Origin: Nitrospirota bacterium
Lineage (GTDB): Bacteria > Nitrospirota > UBA9217
Assembly: GCA_963818475.1 (NCBI GenBank)
Contig: CAWFSF010000006.1
Location: 1,984,001-2,048,000, forward strand
DNA length: 64,000 nt
Reading direction: 5' to 3'
Shown: in pieces, positions 10,056 to 23,215 of the stretch
Layout of the letters: the number at the start of each line of letters is the position of its first letter
How positions within the stretch are numbered: position 1 is the first letter of the stretch
Notes under the pieces: generated by a model
Databases searched by the model: none
What the model was told of the DNA's origin: nothing
The model's input: only the letters and a program-made list of their open reading frames with translations
Program-made: the position numbers and the translations under genes

Positions 10056-11328
10056 CTAATATTGCCTGTCCCCTGCCGGCCGCCATGCAGGCGAAATGAC
10101 CCTCTCGTGATGAGCGCGTTCGGCCAGCGTGCCCCAGGTGACAGTGTAGTTCCCGTACCGGTCGTTGATATCGTCCATGGCCTCGGCAATGAACCCGCGC
10201 TTCCGCTCTTCGGTGAACAATGGCATCTGCACTGCATTCCGTTCAAGGCCCGACATGCTGACGCCTACCAGCCTTATTGCCTGGTGCAAAGGCAGTTCGC
10301 GCAGCAGGCCCATTGCGGCTGCATAAATATCCAGTCCGTGGTTGACCGTATGCTGCAGCCGCCGTTGTTTCGAAAAGGTATGGAAGTCAGAATATCGGAT
10401 GGTCAGGGTAACGGTCCTGCCGCGGTATCCTGCCCCGCCGGAGCCGCTGGCCCACTTTTTCGGAAAGCTGCAGCAGGTGCCGTTCGATCATCGTCCGGTC
10501 CGCGCAGTCCTCCTCGAGCGTCATGCTGTGGCCCATGGACCTGCTTGCTTCAGCCTCCTGCTCCGCGGCAGACACGACCGGGTCGTCGTCGATACCCCGG
10601 GCCATGTCACGAAGCCGTTCTCCGAGAATGCCGAACCGGGCTGTGAGCATGCGGACCGAAGCGCGACCCAGTTCCCCGCAGGTCTGGATCCCCATGGACG
10701 CGAGCTGTTTCGTCAGGTTCGGACCGATGCCGCAGATCTGCTGTACCGGCAGGTCTTCCAGCACATCGGCCACGAAGTCGGGAGTGATCAGCACCAGGCC
10801 GTCCGGCTTCTGGAGATCGCTTCCCAGTTTTGCCAAAAGCTTGTTCGGCGCAATGCCGATGGAACAGAGAAGCCCCATCTCTTCCCAGATCCGCTCCTTG
10901 ATCCTGAGAGCAATGCGAACCGGGTCCCCGAACAGCGCCTCGCAGCCGGTCACATCGAGAAAAGCCTCGTCAATGGAGAATAGCTCGACCACGGGCGTGA
11001 ATTCGCTCCAGATGGCGATCAGGCGTTCGCAGGCCTGGGAATACTTTGCGGAATCGGCGATCGCCATGACGATCCCGGGACAAGCTTTCTTCGCCTCGCC
11101 ATAGGTCATGCCGGTCTTTACACCATAGGCACGGGCCTCGTAAGAGGGTGACAATATCACGCCCCGGTGCTTCGAACCGATCACGGCTATGGGCCGGTCC
11201 CGGAGCGCGGGATTCGCCCGCTGCTCCACCGAGGCGAAAAAAGCGTTCATGTCCACATGCAAAATCGTTTTAATTGCGGATTTCGGATTGCAGATTGCGG
11301 ATTTATCACAGAGCGTAGAAGACACCAT
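10056..11328 (-). CDS. dinB: DNA polymerase IV (Y-family), frameshift near 10434
   Basis: ILHVDMNAFFASVE, SYEAR, SIDEAFLD, GIAPNKLLAK; little-finger domain continues into ORF 10056..10313; AAAGGA RBS before ATG 11328. Confidence 0.92.
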
Positions 11329-11394
11329 GGGAGTTATCCTTTCAGGCTTTCTCGTATATGCGCATTTTAAATCCATCAACGGGCACGAGAATCA

Positions 11395-11422
11395 TAGGTG
11401 AGGGTTTTAAACCCGCCCCTAC
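11395..11422. repeat. GTAG-type REP-like hairpin
   Basis: Minus strand GTAGGGGCGGGTTTAAAACCCTCACCTA; similar motif near 14318..14346. Confidence 0.5.
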
Positions 11423-11453
11423 CTTTTGTTCGTTATTCATTGGTAATGATTTG

Positions 11454-11482
11454 ATTATAGTGAACACTTGTTCACTTGTCAA
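11454..11482 (-). promoter_or_regulatory. Consensus sigma-70 promoter of the dinB-lexA operon with a LexA box in the spacer
   Basis: Minus strand TTGACA-N17-TATAAT; contains perfect palindrome AGTGAAC-N4-GTTCACT (11459..11476). Confidence 0.88.
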
Positions 11483-11738
11483 GAACGTTTTTCCATTCCG
11501 GCATATCCGGTCATCCCGTGTCTTTGCCATTTGGCAAACAGACCCTTCATCTAAATGGAACAACGGCAGCCATTGAGCTCTGAACATTTGGAGCACTACC
11601 GAAAACAGGTACGCTAAACTCCGATACCATCTGAATTATGGGGGCGATTCATTGACAAGTAGTGATCACTTTGATAAAGTCTAGCAACCATCCTCATTCT
11701 TTTTACTACCTGCTGTTCGACCCACGAGGCCCCTATTC

Positions 11739-13673
11739 ATGAAACAGATGAACTCTGACAATATGCTCACCAGGCAGAGCGAGAAAATCCTCCAGACCAT
11801 CATTGAGACGGAGCCGGACTGCATCAAGCTGCTTGACCAGGACGGCAAGCTCCTGATGATGAACCGTGCGGGTCTGTCAATGATCGAGGCCGAGTCCTTC
11901 GACATAGTGCGGGGAAGGCCTGTCGCCCCCTTGGTCGCCCCCGAATACCGGGATGCTTTCATGAACATTATTGCGGAGGCCTTCCAGGGACGGCCGGGCT
12001 TTCTTGAATTTGAGATCGTCGGGATCAAAGGCCGCCGGCTCTGGCTGGAGACCCGTGCCGTTCCTCTGCGCAATGACCGCAACGAAATAACCGCCATGCT
12101 CGGGGTGACCCGGGACATCACCGAACGAAAAAAAGCGGGACAGGCGCTGATCGACAGCGAGAAACGCTTCAAACGGCTCGTTGAATCGGTCACCGACTAC
12201 ATCTATACCGTAAAGGTCGAGAACGGCCGCGTCGTTGAAACCGTCCATGGCCCGGGCTGCGTAGCCGTGACCGGCTATTCCCCGGAAGAATACCACGCCG
12301 ACCCTTACCTGTGGTACCGCATGATCTTCGAAGAGGACCGTGACGCCATCCTGAAGAAGACGAACGACATCCTCTCCGGCTCTCCCGTGACACCCTTCGA
12401 ACACCGGATCATACATAAGAACGGAACGATCCGGTGGGTGAAGAACACGCCCGTACCGCGGTTCGATACCGAGGGGCGGCTGGTCGACTACGACGGTTTG
12501 ATCACCGACATTACTCCCCTGAAACACCTTGAAGCACAGCTGGGCCAGGCGCAGAAAATGGAGGCCGTCGGGCAGCTGGCGGGCGGCGTTGCCCATGACT
12601 TCAACAATATCCTCACCGCCATCATCGGCTACGGCAACCTCAGCCTGATGAAGCTGCCTGCCGGCGATGCCGTACGCCCCTTTGTTTCACAGATCCTCGC
12701 CTCTGCGGAGCGGGCCGCCCAGCTGACGCACAGCCTGCTCGCCTTCAGCAGAAAGCAGGTCATCGATCTCAGAACCGTGGACCTCAATGCGATCGTCCAG
12801 CGGGTGAATTCGCTCCTGATCAAGCTCATTGGCGCGGATATCGAGTTCAAGACCAACCTTTGCAACGGGAACCTGACGGTCCTTGCCGACAGTGTGCAGG
12901 TGGAGCAGATCCTGATGAACCTGGTTATGAACGCCCGCGATGCCGTGCGGGACCACGGCACGATCACGATCGAAACGGGCATCTTCGAGATCGGCGAGGA
13001 ATTCATACGGACCCATGCGTACGGAGAGCCCGGCAGCTACGCCCTGCTGACCATATCGGATACGGGTGAAGGCATGGACGAAGCGACCCGTCGCAGGATC
13101 TTCGAACCCTTTTTCACGACCAAGGAGGTCGGGAAGGGCACGGGCCTGGGACTGTCGATGGTGTACGGGATCATCAAACAGCACAAAGGCTACATCACGG
13201 TCTCCAGCGAACCGGGGAAAGGCACCATCTTCAGCATCTACCTGCCGCTTGTCGCCGGCGGCGCACTGGAAGCGGAAAAGAAGGCGCCGGCAGGCGAGCC
13301 GCGGGGCGGAGAAACGGTGCTGCTTGCAGAGGACGACCGCGAGGTCCGCAACCTCACGAAGATGGTGCTCGAGAACTTCGGCTACCGGGTGATCGAAGCG
13401 GTGGACGGAGAGGACGCGGTGAAGAAATTCAACGAGCAGAGCACCGCCATAGACCTGCTTGTCTTTGACATCATCATGCCGAAAAAGAACGGCAAGGATG
13501 CATACCTGGCGATCAAGCAAACACGACCTGATATAAAAGTGCTGTTCACCAGCGGCTACACGGAGGACATCATCCACAAAAAGGGGATCCTCGATCCCGA
13601 CATGGTTTTCATCCTGAAGCCGATTTCACCAACGATGTTACTGAAAAAAGTACGGGAAGTGCTGGACAAATGA
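11739..13673 (+). CDS. PAS-PAS hybrid sensor histidine kinase / receiver
   Basis: Two PAS domains, [18 protein letters not shown]-terminal REC. Confidence 0.93.
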   Translation: MKQMNSDNMLTRQSEKILQTIIETEPDCIKLLDQDGKLLMMNRAGLSMIEAESFDIVRGRPVAPLVAPEYRDAFMNIIAEAFQGRPGFLEFEIVGIKGRRLWLETRAVPLRNDRNEITAMLGVTRDITERKKAGQALIDSEKRFKRLVESVTDYIYTVKVENGRVVETVHGPGCVAVTGYSPEEYHADPYLWYRMIFEEDRDAILKKTNDILSGSPVTPFEHRIIHKNGTIRWVKNTPVPRFDTEGRLVDYDGLITDITPLKHLEAQLGQAQKMEAVGQLAGGVAHDFNNILTAIIGYGNLSLMKLPAGDAVRPFVSQILASAERAAQLTHSLLAFSRKQVIDLRTVDLNAIVQRVNSLLIKLIGADIEFKTNLCNGNLTVLADSVQVEQILMNLVMNARDAVRDHGTITIETGIFEIGEEFIRTHAYGEPGSYALLTISDTGEGMDEATRRRIFEPFFTTKEVGKGTGLGLSMVYGIIKQHKGYITVSSEPGKGTIFSIYLPLVAGGALEAEKKAPAGEPRGGETVLLAEDDREVRNLTKMVLENFGYRVIEAVDGEDAVKKFNEQSTAIDLLVFDIIMPKKNGKDAYLAIKQTRPDIKVLFTSGYTEDIIHKKGILDPDMVFILKPISPTMLLKKVREVLDK

Positions 13674-13781
13674 TTGCGGGTTGCGGATTGGAATCGGGAA
13701 ATGCGAAATCTGGTTTTGCTTTTACTAATACCTGTCCCTCTGCGCCTTAAAATCCGAAATCCGTAATCCGCAATCCGAAAT
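13673..13781. repeat. Empty inverted heptamer-array element (ATTGCGG... / ...AATCCGC)
   Basis: Same unit as the arrays around the four-helix-bundle gene; about 40-bp gene-less core; between convergent genes. Confidence 0.75.
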
Positions 13782-13786
13782 AAGAA

Positions 13787-14197
13787 TCATCCTCTTCGGC
13801 TTCTCAGGTACTCTCCGAACTGCATGTCCAGCTTCAGGATATGGTCCACGATCCAGTCTACGACCACCTGGTTCGTAGTCGCCGACAGGTCGTAGGAGCT
13901 CCCGGATACGCGCGGCAGGGCCGCCTCGGCCTTCAATTCCACAAGCGCGTCCAGATACTTTTTATGCGCCTCGACCTGCTCTTCGTAGCCTGCATAGTGT
14001 GTTTCCTTCATATGTTTTTCCTCTTCCGCAAAATGGACCCGCGCGTAATCATCGAGGAATTTAAGCGTACCGTCGATCTCCGACTTGCAGCGGTGCTGCT
14101 TGATGGCGAGAACGAGATTGTCTATCCGCTTGAACAATTCCTTATGCTGGCTGTCGATGGTAGCCACACCAACGGCTAATTTGTCCGACCATTCCAT
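13787..14197 (-). CDS. Bacteriohemerythrin
   Basis: W...GVATIDSQHKELF, HFAEEE, H...WIVDHILKLD iron-ligand pattern; AGGAGG RBS; TTGACA-N17-TATTAT upstream. Confidence 0.92.
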   Translation of the reverse strand: MEWSDKLAVGVATIDSQHKELFKRIDNLVLAIKQHRCKSEIDGTLKFLDDYARVHFAEEEKHMKETHYAGYEEQVEAHKKYLDALVELKAEAALPRVSGSSYDLSATTNQVVVDWIVDHILKLDMQFGEYLRSRRG

Positions 14198-14384
14198 GGG
14201 GAACCTCCTAACGACAATAAAGATAATGAATAATAATGGGGTTGAGGGATAATGTCAAGAATGCTGAAAAGAGAACTTACAATGGCCGTAATTCGTACCG
14301 CACATGCACAGGGAGGCGTATAGGGGCGAGTTTCAAAGCCCGCCCGATTCATCCCTGGAATGTCGCAAGCTCTTGCATGACCGC

Positions 14385-17300
14385 TGGTTAATCCCCGCAT
14401 GTGCGGGGAACATTACTATCAGGTAAAAATTGGGGGGTCTTATGACGGTTCATCCCCGCTCGTGCGGGGAACATGAATGAGCACGAACACGGCCATCATG
14501 GCAGGCCGGTTCATCCCCGCACGTGCGGGGAACATACGTTAAAATTCGACTCCTTCCAGATCACGGCCGGTTCATCCCCGCACGTGCGGGGAACATAAAG
14601 AAAAAAGAGAATTTCTAAGGGTGAGTTTCGGTTCATCCCCGCACGTGCGGGGAACATTTGTCATCTATAGCGAGGTCAAGCCGTGTTACCGGTTCATCCC
14701 CGCACGTGCGGGGAACATGATTTTGGGGCGTGTCCGCGTTTGGCCAACTCCGGTTCATCCCCGCACGTGCGGGGAACATTCTACCAGTATCTCATCGAGC
14801 TCCCGCTTCGCCGGTTCATCCCCGCACGTGCGGGGAACATGCCGGTGAATTATGGCGATATTTTGAAACAACCGGTTCATCCCCGCACGTGCGGGGAACA
14901 TCTCTTCAAGAGACCGACCGGGTTCGGTACCGGCGGTTCATCCCCGCACGTGCGGGGAACATATCGGCACCTACGGCAAGACGCCCGGCAGTGTACGGTT
15001 CATCCCCGCACGTGCGGGGAACATGCCGAAGAAGTGGACCTCGGACCGTCTACGCCGGTTCATCCCCGCACGTGCGGGGAACATTCTGTCCCGAAGGCGA
15101 AGGTGATGATACCCTGCGGTTCATCCCCGCACGTGCGGGGAACATGGTCGGAAAAGCCAAGCAGGCTCGGCCGCGGTTCATCCCCGCACGTGCGGGGAAC
15201 ATATTCGGCCCAATCGTCGCACCTTCATGACGGTTCATCCCCGCACGTGCGGGGAACATCGAGTCAGCCTTATCACACGATACACGATCCGGTTCATCCC
15301 CGCACGTGCGGGGAACATAGCTCGGCGGGGTCGACTTCGACGATTCCCGTGCGGTTCATCCCCGCACGTGCGGGGAACATCTGCTTCGCTTTCAGTTCCA
15401 CGTTGAATGCAGCCGGTTCATCCCCGCACGTGCGGGGAACATGTATCGATACGGATAAGCATCCTCTTCACCGTCGGTTCATCCCCGCACGTGCGGGGAA
15501 CATGATATAAAAGCCTATAAGAATTCCTGCAAGTCGTCGGTTCATCCCCGCACGTGCGGGGAACATGCTGTCGAGCATCCACGATCAACTGCGCAGCACA
15601 CGGTTCATCCCCGCACGTGCGGGGAACATGCACGCTTCTCCTGCAGCATCGTCGTACCTGCCGGTTCATCCCCGCACGTGCGGGGAACATGTACCCATGC
15701 AAACATCGGTACCTGCCCTACGGTTCATCCCCGCACGTGCGGGGAACATGCGATGTACAGCAATTATCTTTGTTCTCTTTATCGGTTCATCCCCGCACGT
15801 GCGGGGAACATCGATTTGACATAATATACACAAGCGTCCAATGCGGTTCATCCCCGCACGTGCGGGGAACATGCGATATACGTCAGGGCAGCGCGACGCC
15901 TATCGGTTCATCCCCGCACGTGCGGGGAACAGTAGCGGTCACTCAATACCGTGCTCGCAGCTCGCCGGTTCATCCCCGCACGTGCGGGGAACATGCTATC
16001 CAGCCGGACGCTTCAGTACGGCCGCCGGTTCATCCCCGCACGTGCGGGGAACATCGAGCGATCGTCACCGAATCAGCGCACGGCAAGCGGTTCATCCCCG
16101 CACGTGCGGGGAACATGCCGATCATGGCCGCCTCGATCGTTGCACCGAGGCCGGTTCATCCCCGCACGTGCGGGGAACATGACCATCGTGGCGTCACAGG
16201 TCCAACGAATCGGTTCATCCCCGCACGTGCGGGGAACATCGGATATCCGGACAGAACGGTCCAACGTACAGCGGTTCATCCCCGCACGTGCGGGGAACAT
16301 GTAAGCTGTTCGGATCTAACGCCGCGTCCGTCCGGTTCATCCCCGCACGTGCGGGGAACATGCCTCCGCGTGGTCCGCTCTTCGGTCGATCCGGTTCATC
16401 CCCGCACGTGCGGGGAACATGGCACGGCATCGAGGATCGCCGGTGCCCGGACGGTTCATCCCCGCACGTGCGGGGAACATTTTATCGCTTGTAGTAATCC
16501 AGATGACATCTCGGTTCATCCCCGCACGTGCGGGGAACATTGCACAGGCAACAGCACGGCAATGGTCGCATGCGGTTCATCCCCGCACGTGCGGGGAACA
16601 TTATGCCGCTAAACCGCTCGACACCGTATTCCGGTTCATCCCCGCACGTGCGGGGAACATATCCAGCTCCGAGGACGATCGTGGCCGCGAGATCGGTTCA
16701 TCCCCGCACGTGCGGGGAACATGACTGTGGCATGTACGAGTGATCCTGCAGCGGCGGTTCATCCCCGCACGTGCGGGGAACATTCAATTTCCGTGCTGTC
16801 AGCAACCACAAGGCCGGTTCATCCCCGCACGTGCGGGGAACATTTCGGAGTGGCGCATGGCGTCGGTTCGCACCGGTTCATCCCCGCACATGCGGGGAAC
16901 ATTATCATTAGCGTCCTCCTTGAATATTGATCGCGGTTCATCCCCGCACATGCGGGGAACATTTCATCCGGGCGTTACTCTCCGTTCTAAAACCGGTTCA
17001 TCCCCGCACGTGCGGGGAACATTCCTGATAACGTCAGGTATCGTTACTCAATCACGGTTCATCCCCGCACGTGCGGGGAACATAACCGCGTCAGAGACTG
17101 CGACGCACGGAGCACGGTTCATCCCCGCACATGCGGGGAACATAACTCTGACACAGTCATAGCTATGTTATCAGTCGGTTCATCCCCGCACATGCGGGGA
17201 ACATTCAGCCAGATGTCGCGCGACGATCGATGCGCGGTTCATCCCCGCACACGCGGGGAACATGTGACATGGAACAACGACATCGGCGACCTCGCCGGTT

Positions 17301-18860
17301 CATCCCCGCACACGCGGGGAACATCTCGTCCAGGCCGACGCTCGACAGCGTCAATGCGGTTCATCCCCGCACACGCGGGGAACATTGACTATCGACCTGC
17401 ATGGAATCAGACTGACACCGGTTCATCCCCGCACACGCGGGGAACATGTCGGCATCGATGCTTTCGCTGATCGTAGGCAACCGGTTCATCCCCGCACATG
17501 CGGGGAACATTCGTCGAGCGCGCTAATCAGGTCGCATACGGCTCGGTTCATCCCCGCACGTGCGGGGAACACGAGACTTAGCTTTACGTGACAGCTGACA
17601 TCGGTTCATCCCCGCACGTGCGGGGAACATGGCGCGATAGCGGATCCCGCTGTCACGGCCGTCGGTTCATCCCCGCACGTGCGGGGAACATATGGACGTG
17701 GCGTCCGGCGATTCATCGTTTCCGGTTCATCCCCGCACGTGCGGGGAACATTTGATTCGAGACATGCAGGCACGATGACCATCGGTTCATCCCCGCACGT
17801 GCGGGGAACATGGTTGTTATCTCGTAAAGATGGCGCGACGTATCGGTTCATCCCCGCACGTGCGGGGAACATTACATTGTCTGTTTCAATCGAGCTCGAA
17901 CACCGGTTCATCCCCGCACGTGCGGGGAACATCTCCACGATCGGGGGTCACGCTGCCTGCACCCCGGTTCATCCCCGCACGTGCGGGGAACATACATCAG
18001 AGCACACACCGACAGACGCAGCAACTCGGTTCATCCCCGCACGTGCGGGGAACATTCATGATACATGAGCGGTCAAACGACAAGGACGGCGGTTCATCCC
18101 CGCACGTGCGGGGAACATACTAACGAGACTAGCTGGCAATCAGACCTACGACCGGTTCATCCCCGCACGTGCGGGGAACATTTCTCGCAGGCCCGGATCA
18201 GCTGCAGCTCGTCCGGTTCATCCCCGCACGTGCGGGGAACATCTGTCCGTGCACGCTGCCGCGATGTCTCGATAGCGGTTCATCCCCGCACGTGCGGGGA
18301 ACATATCGACCTTGCCATATTGGCACCGGTCCATGCTTCGGTTCATCCCCGCACGTGCGGGGAACATGCATCGATGGCCGTCGTGGTTTCCCAGGAACAG
18401 CGGTTCATCCCCGCACGTGCGGGGAACATTCCGCAGGCGCGAGGCCGATATTGCCGATGCTGCGGTTCATCCCCGCACGTGCGGGGAACATTGCGTAACA
18501 GACCTACTACAGGAGCTTGTCTATCGGTTCATCCCCGCACGTGCGGGGAACATGCTAGCGTCATGTATCCGAGCGTCAGGACATGACCGGTTCATCCCCG
18601 CACGTGCGGGGAACATTCGATCATTGGCTCGAGAACCTGGCAGCGACGGCGGTTCATCCCCGCACGTGCGGGGAACATGCGTTGCCGATGCATCGAGGCG
18701 CGGATGAGATCGGTTCATCCCCGCACGTGCGGGGAACATATCCGGTTCTCGATCGTGGACAGCTCCGATCATCGGTTCATCCCCGCACGTGCGGGGAACA
18801 TGCGGATGCACGTCCTGGATCGGCAGAAGGCCGGTTCATCCCCGCACGTGCGGGGAACAT
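14385..18860 (-). CRISPR. Type I-E CRISPR array, about 74 repeats / 73 spacers; repeat ATGTTCCCCGCACGTGCGGGGATGAACCG (29 bp)
   Basis: Manual count; about 61-bp period; degenerate trailer repeats at 14385 and 14446; leader end next to cas2. Confidence 0.98.
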
Positions 18861-18943
18861 ACTTCCTCTACTTCCGCGAAATCATAGATCAATTTCGCGG
18901 GCCAAAAATCTACCGAGCAAAATACTGAATAAACCAGTTATGC
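18861..18943 (-). promoter_or_regulatory. CRISPR leader
   Basis: AT-richer 83 bp between the cas2 stop and first repeat; contains the GGTAGATTTTT motif typical of I-E leaders. Confidence 0.75.
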
Positions 18944-20161
<1,218 letters not shown>

Positions 20162-20172
20162 GGTTACCTCCT

Positions 20173-20850
20173 TTACACTATCGGCACTACCGACAGGAGC
20201 CCAAGTCCCATGGCCTTGCCGTGGCCGATGCCGGCTTGCAGCAGCATTTCTGAAACTGTCCGGTTCGGTAACTAATGAGAATCCCGTCGTACAGCACCGA
20301 AAAAATCCGGATAGCATTACCGGAATGTTGGTTGCCTCGGAGCATCTGTTCCTGAGAAATCCTGACATCGACCCGCTTCCGCGAGGTTTCTGGAAGGTAG
20401 AAGGATGCCAGTTGCGGCAGACGAAAAACCGTGCAACTTCCCTTTGCGCTCAATCCATTTTTCTTGCTCCTCCAGCCGCAGTAATCCCAGACGTTTGCCG
20501 TTGCGGGTCACGCAAGGGTTAGCACGCAGCCTGAAACGAAAATGTTGCCCGACTTTAAGTGAATCGAGTTTGAGCCGATCCTTCAGATCGATGCCGGGAT
20601 CGGCCTTGGCCAACCACCCCTTCACGCCGATTCCGGTCCAATCAGGGATCGTCAGGCTTTGCACAAGAATGCGCGGGTAGCCGGCAGGATCCGTCTCCGG
20701 CTCACACCTCCACAAAAATTCACCTTCAGTGCATTTTTTGTCCGGCACGCTGAACGCCCGACAAAGAGTGGAATGAAGCTGGTAGGGGTCGGAGAGGTCC
20801 CGTCGAACCTCCCGGCAACGTGGATCAAGATGGATTCTATGCAGGAACAT
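20173..20850 (-). CDS. cas6e: Cas6e/Cse3 crRNA endoribonuclease, about three apparent frameshifts
   Basis: DPYQLHSTL, FRFRLRANP, C-terminal GIGHGKAMGLGLLS glycine loop (manual translation). Confidence 0.9.
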
Positions 20851-21535
20851 GGGTAACCTCCTGAGAGAAGGGGATCCACTCCGAACGCACGAACCGCGCC
20901 CCGAAGCGGCGTTCGGAAAACGATGACAGCGGCTGGTCCATCTTGAGTACACCAGCCTCGTCCTCGGACTCAAACGAGACCAAAAGCTTCTCGGGGAGTT
21001 TTTCCCATTTCCGCGGTGAGGCGATCCACGGCCACTGTTCCAAAACCTTCCGTAACGGAGCATCCTGAAGTCCGTCCTTCATCCAGATAGACTCGGAAGG
21101 CACATAGGATTTGCGCCCCAAGGCCAGCGGCCAAACGGGATCGCGCAAGGCAGCGTGAGCCTTTTCCAGAAGCTTGCGGTCATCTCCTTCAAACGCCACC
21201 AGAAAAGCAGCATCGGCAAGATAGAAGCGTTGAGAGACAACGCCCCCATCTCTGGCCGGCTTTCCATCGGCCTTGATGATGGTATCGGTTGCAGCACATC
21301 CCGCTGTCTGGTAGTCCCGCTTGGGGATCCCAGGCCGGTCGTGACGAACCCCCATGGAGAGCCGTGTAAGCGGTTCCAGATCTGTCCAGTTCTCGCGGTC
21401 GATCCCCAGGGCGGCGGCCAAGAGTCCGACAACGCCGGACTTGGACGGCTCCTTCCCGGTATCGCGTTCGTCAAAGCGACTGGTGGTTCCCCACGACTGC
21501 ATGGGTCCCACCAAGCGAAGCAACAAGGTTGGCAT
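20837..21535 (-). CDS. cas5e: Cas5e
   Basis: LRLVGPMQSWG, EPSKSGVVGLLAAALG, YLADA, LGRKS. Confidence 0.95.
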   Translation of the reverse strand: MPTLLLRLVGPMQSWGTTSRFDERDTGKEPSKSGVVGLLAAALGIDRENWTDLEPLTRLSMGVRHDRPGIPKRDYQTAGCAATDTIIKADGKPARDGGVVSQRFYLADAAFLVAFEGDDRKLLEKAHAALRDPVWPLALGRKSYVPSESIWMKDGLQDAPLRKVLEQWPWIASPRKWEKLPEKLLVSFESEDEAGVLKMDQPLSSFSERRFGARFVRSEWIPFSQEVTHVPA

Positions 21536-21539
21536 GGGG

Positions 21540-22700
21540 TCACTCCTGTATGGCCGAAAGGGCCTTGTCGAGGATATCCTTCAGCGCCGGCACGACTGTT
21601 CCGAAACCATCCAACTTGGCCTCAACGAGATTGAGAACGAAGGTCTTCCCCTCACCGCCAAAGGCAGCCTGCAGTGCTTTAGCCTTCTTTGCAAGTTCCT
21701 CTGCCGACTTTCTGGTCAGCGACTCATCCTTTTTAACGCGGACGGCAGTCTCAAAGGCATTGGCCAGGTTGCGGGGTGCGGTATTACGGCGCACCGAAAC
21801 GGCCACGAATTCCGGTGGATTGTGGGCCGCGAAGGTGTTTTGCTTGCCGGTGGGTTCAGCCACCACGAAGCCCTCCAGGAAGGCTCGCAGACCCTTGGCT
21901 GCCAGTTCCTTGTCACCCTGGAGGTTATCCACAAGCTTATCCCAGTCCACCACGGCGTAGCGGTAGAAACAGGCCGAATTGAACTCGACAGTTCCCATCA
22001 TGTCGGCACCGGCGGTGTCCTCGGGTTTGAGGTCATCCACGGCCGTGTAGAAGTCGAATTCACGCTCGACAGCATGGGTCGAAATGGCGTGCGCAACCTG
22101 GCAGGCGGCATCCTGGTTCTTTTCGGGCATATCGGCGAGCATTCGCCCGAACAGTGCAACATCCACGGCCTTTCCGCCGTTAAAAACTTTTTCAAGTGCT
22201 TTCTTTAATTCGGGATCAGCACTCTGAGCGGCCTGCTTCTTGGCCTTGCCGGGTTTTTTCCCCTCGGTCGGGGCCTTCGCGAAGGCGGTGACTGAGTCCC
22301 ACTTTTCGGAGATAATTCTGGCGATTTCGGAAATTTCGCGTTTCCCCAGAAACAGAAGATACTCGCTTTTTCCATCCTCTTTCACCGAAAGTTCCATGGC
22401 GGCCAATGTCAAGCGAGCTTTTTCTTCTGCTTCAGCTTCGTCATGTCCCTGAGCGACCAAGGACTTGGTGAGGGCCTCCAGAACGCGTTTGGTGCGCACG
22501 GCTACATCATCCGTCGCCAAAACTTTTTGTTCAACCAAACTCGCGAAATGCCGCCGTATCGAACGCTTGAGGCACTGGCTGGACACGCGGGCGCGGCGGG
22601 TGCCACCAAAAAAGGCATCTTTGGGAGCACCGGTGTCATCTCTGTTCAGGTTGGACGGGGCGAAGTTCTGCAAAGCGTGAACCTCGACAATCGTTTTCAT
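21540..22700 (-). CDS. cas7e: Cas7e/Cse4
   Basis: [46 protein letters not shown]. Confidence 0.96.
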   Translation of the reverse strand: MKTIVEVHALQNFAPSNLNRDDTGAPKDAFFGGTRRARVSSQCLKRSIRRHFASLVEQKVLATDDVAVRTKRVLEALTKSLVAQGHDEAEAEEKARLTLAAMELSVKEDGKSEYLLFLGKREISEIARIISEKWDSVTAFAKAPTEGKKPGKAKKQAAQSADPELKKALEKVFNGGKAVDVALFGRMLADMPEKNQDAACQVAHAISTHAVEREFDFYTAVDDLKPEDTAGADMMGTVEFNSACFYRYAVVDWDKLVDNLQGDKELAAKGLRAFLEGFVVAEPTGKQNTFAAHNPPEFVAVSVRRNTAPRNLANAFETAVRVKKDESLTRKSAEELAKKAKALQAAFGGEGKTFVLNLVEAKLDGFGTVVPALKDILDKALSAIQE

Positions 22701-23215
22701 TCGTTGATCTCCTTATCGGTGTGCTGTTCGGTAGCTGTTTCGTAATTCAGGTTCCGGTAAAAGTCGCGGGCCCAGGCGTTCTGGGTACGCTTCTGATCGT
22801 CGCTCCAGTACAGAAGCCCCTTTAGCAAGGAGCCAAAATCAATGGCTTGCTCTTTGAGAAGGGCGATCATCTGGCGCAGACGGTGTGGCAGTTGGTCGGA
22901 ATCGGCATCCAGCAGGCTGATGAAGCGGCGTTCGGTGCTCGTGGATCCGCTTGCCTTTTGGTAGGCCGCACACGCCTTCCCGAGAGACATCGGTTGCCTT
23001 CCTTGGCTTTCGCGCCAGTGTGCGGCCCAGAGGCCAGCTACCAGATAGAACATCTCCCGCCGGAAGGAATTATCCTCATCCTTAACGAAGGGTTCGACGT
23101 AGGGATAGGCTGGTGCGAATTTTCCGGGGTCGAAAGAGAGGCTTCGGCGCAGCACCGCCCGCACCCTGGTGTCTTTTTCATTCAGGCCCTCCAGCCATTC
23201 TATGAATCCGTTCAT
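22697..23215 (-). CDS. cse2: Cse2/Cas11 small subunit
   Basis: [24 protein letters not shown]; position in operon. Confidence 0.93.
   Translation of the reverse strand: MNGFIEWLEGLNEKDTRVRAVLRRSLSFDPGKFAPAYPYVEPFVKDEDNSFRREMFYLVAGLWAAHWRESQGRQPMSLGKACAAYQKASGSTSTERRFISLLDADSDQLPHRLRQMIALLKEQAIDFGSLLKGLLYWSDDQKRTQNAWARDFYRNLNYETATEQHTDKEINE

Noticed and set aside
9635-10246. 203-aa version of the four-helix-bundle protein, or a diversity-generating retroelement
   Set aside because: The extension overlaps the dinB 3' end and the repeat array, and the RBS supports ATG 9994; no reverse transcriptase or adenine-specific TR/VR pair is present in the window
14344-14362. CCGATTCATCCCTGG as an additional CRISPR repeat
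   Set aside because: Only a partial match and off-period (about 41 bp); at most an eroded trailer remnant
14414-18831. Self-targeting spacers
   Set aside because: None noticed by eye, but this was not an exhaustive search and many spacers may be consensus blends; needs BLAST
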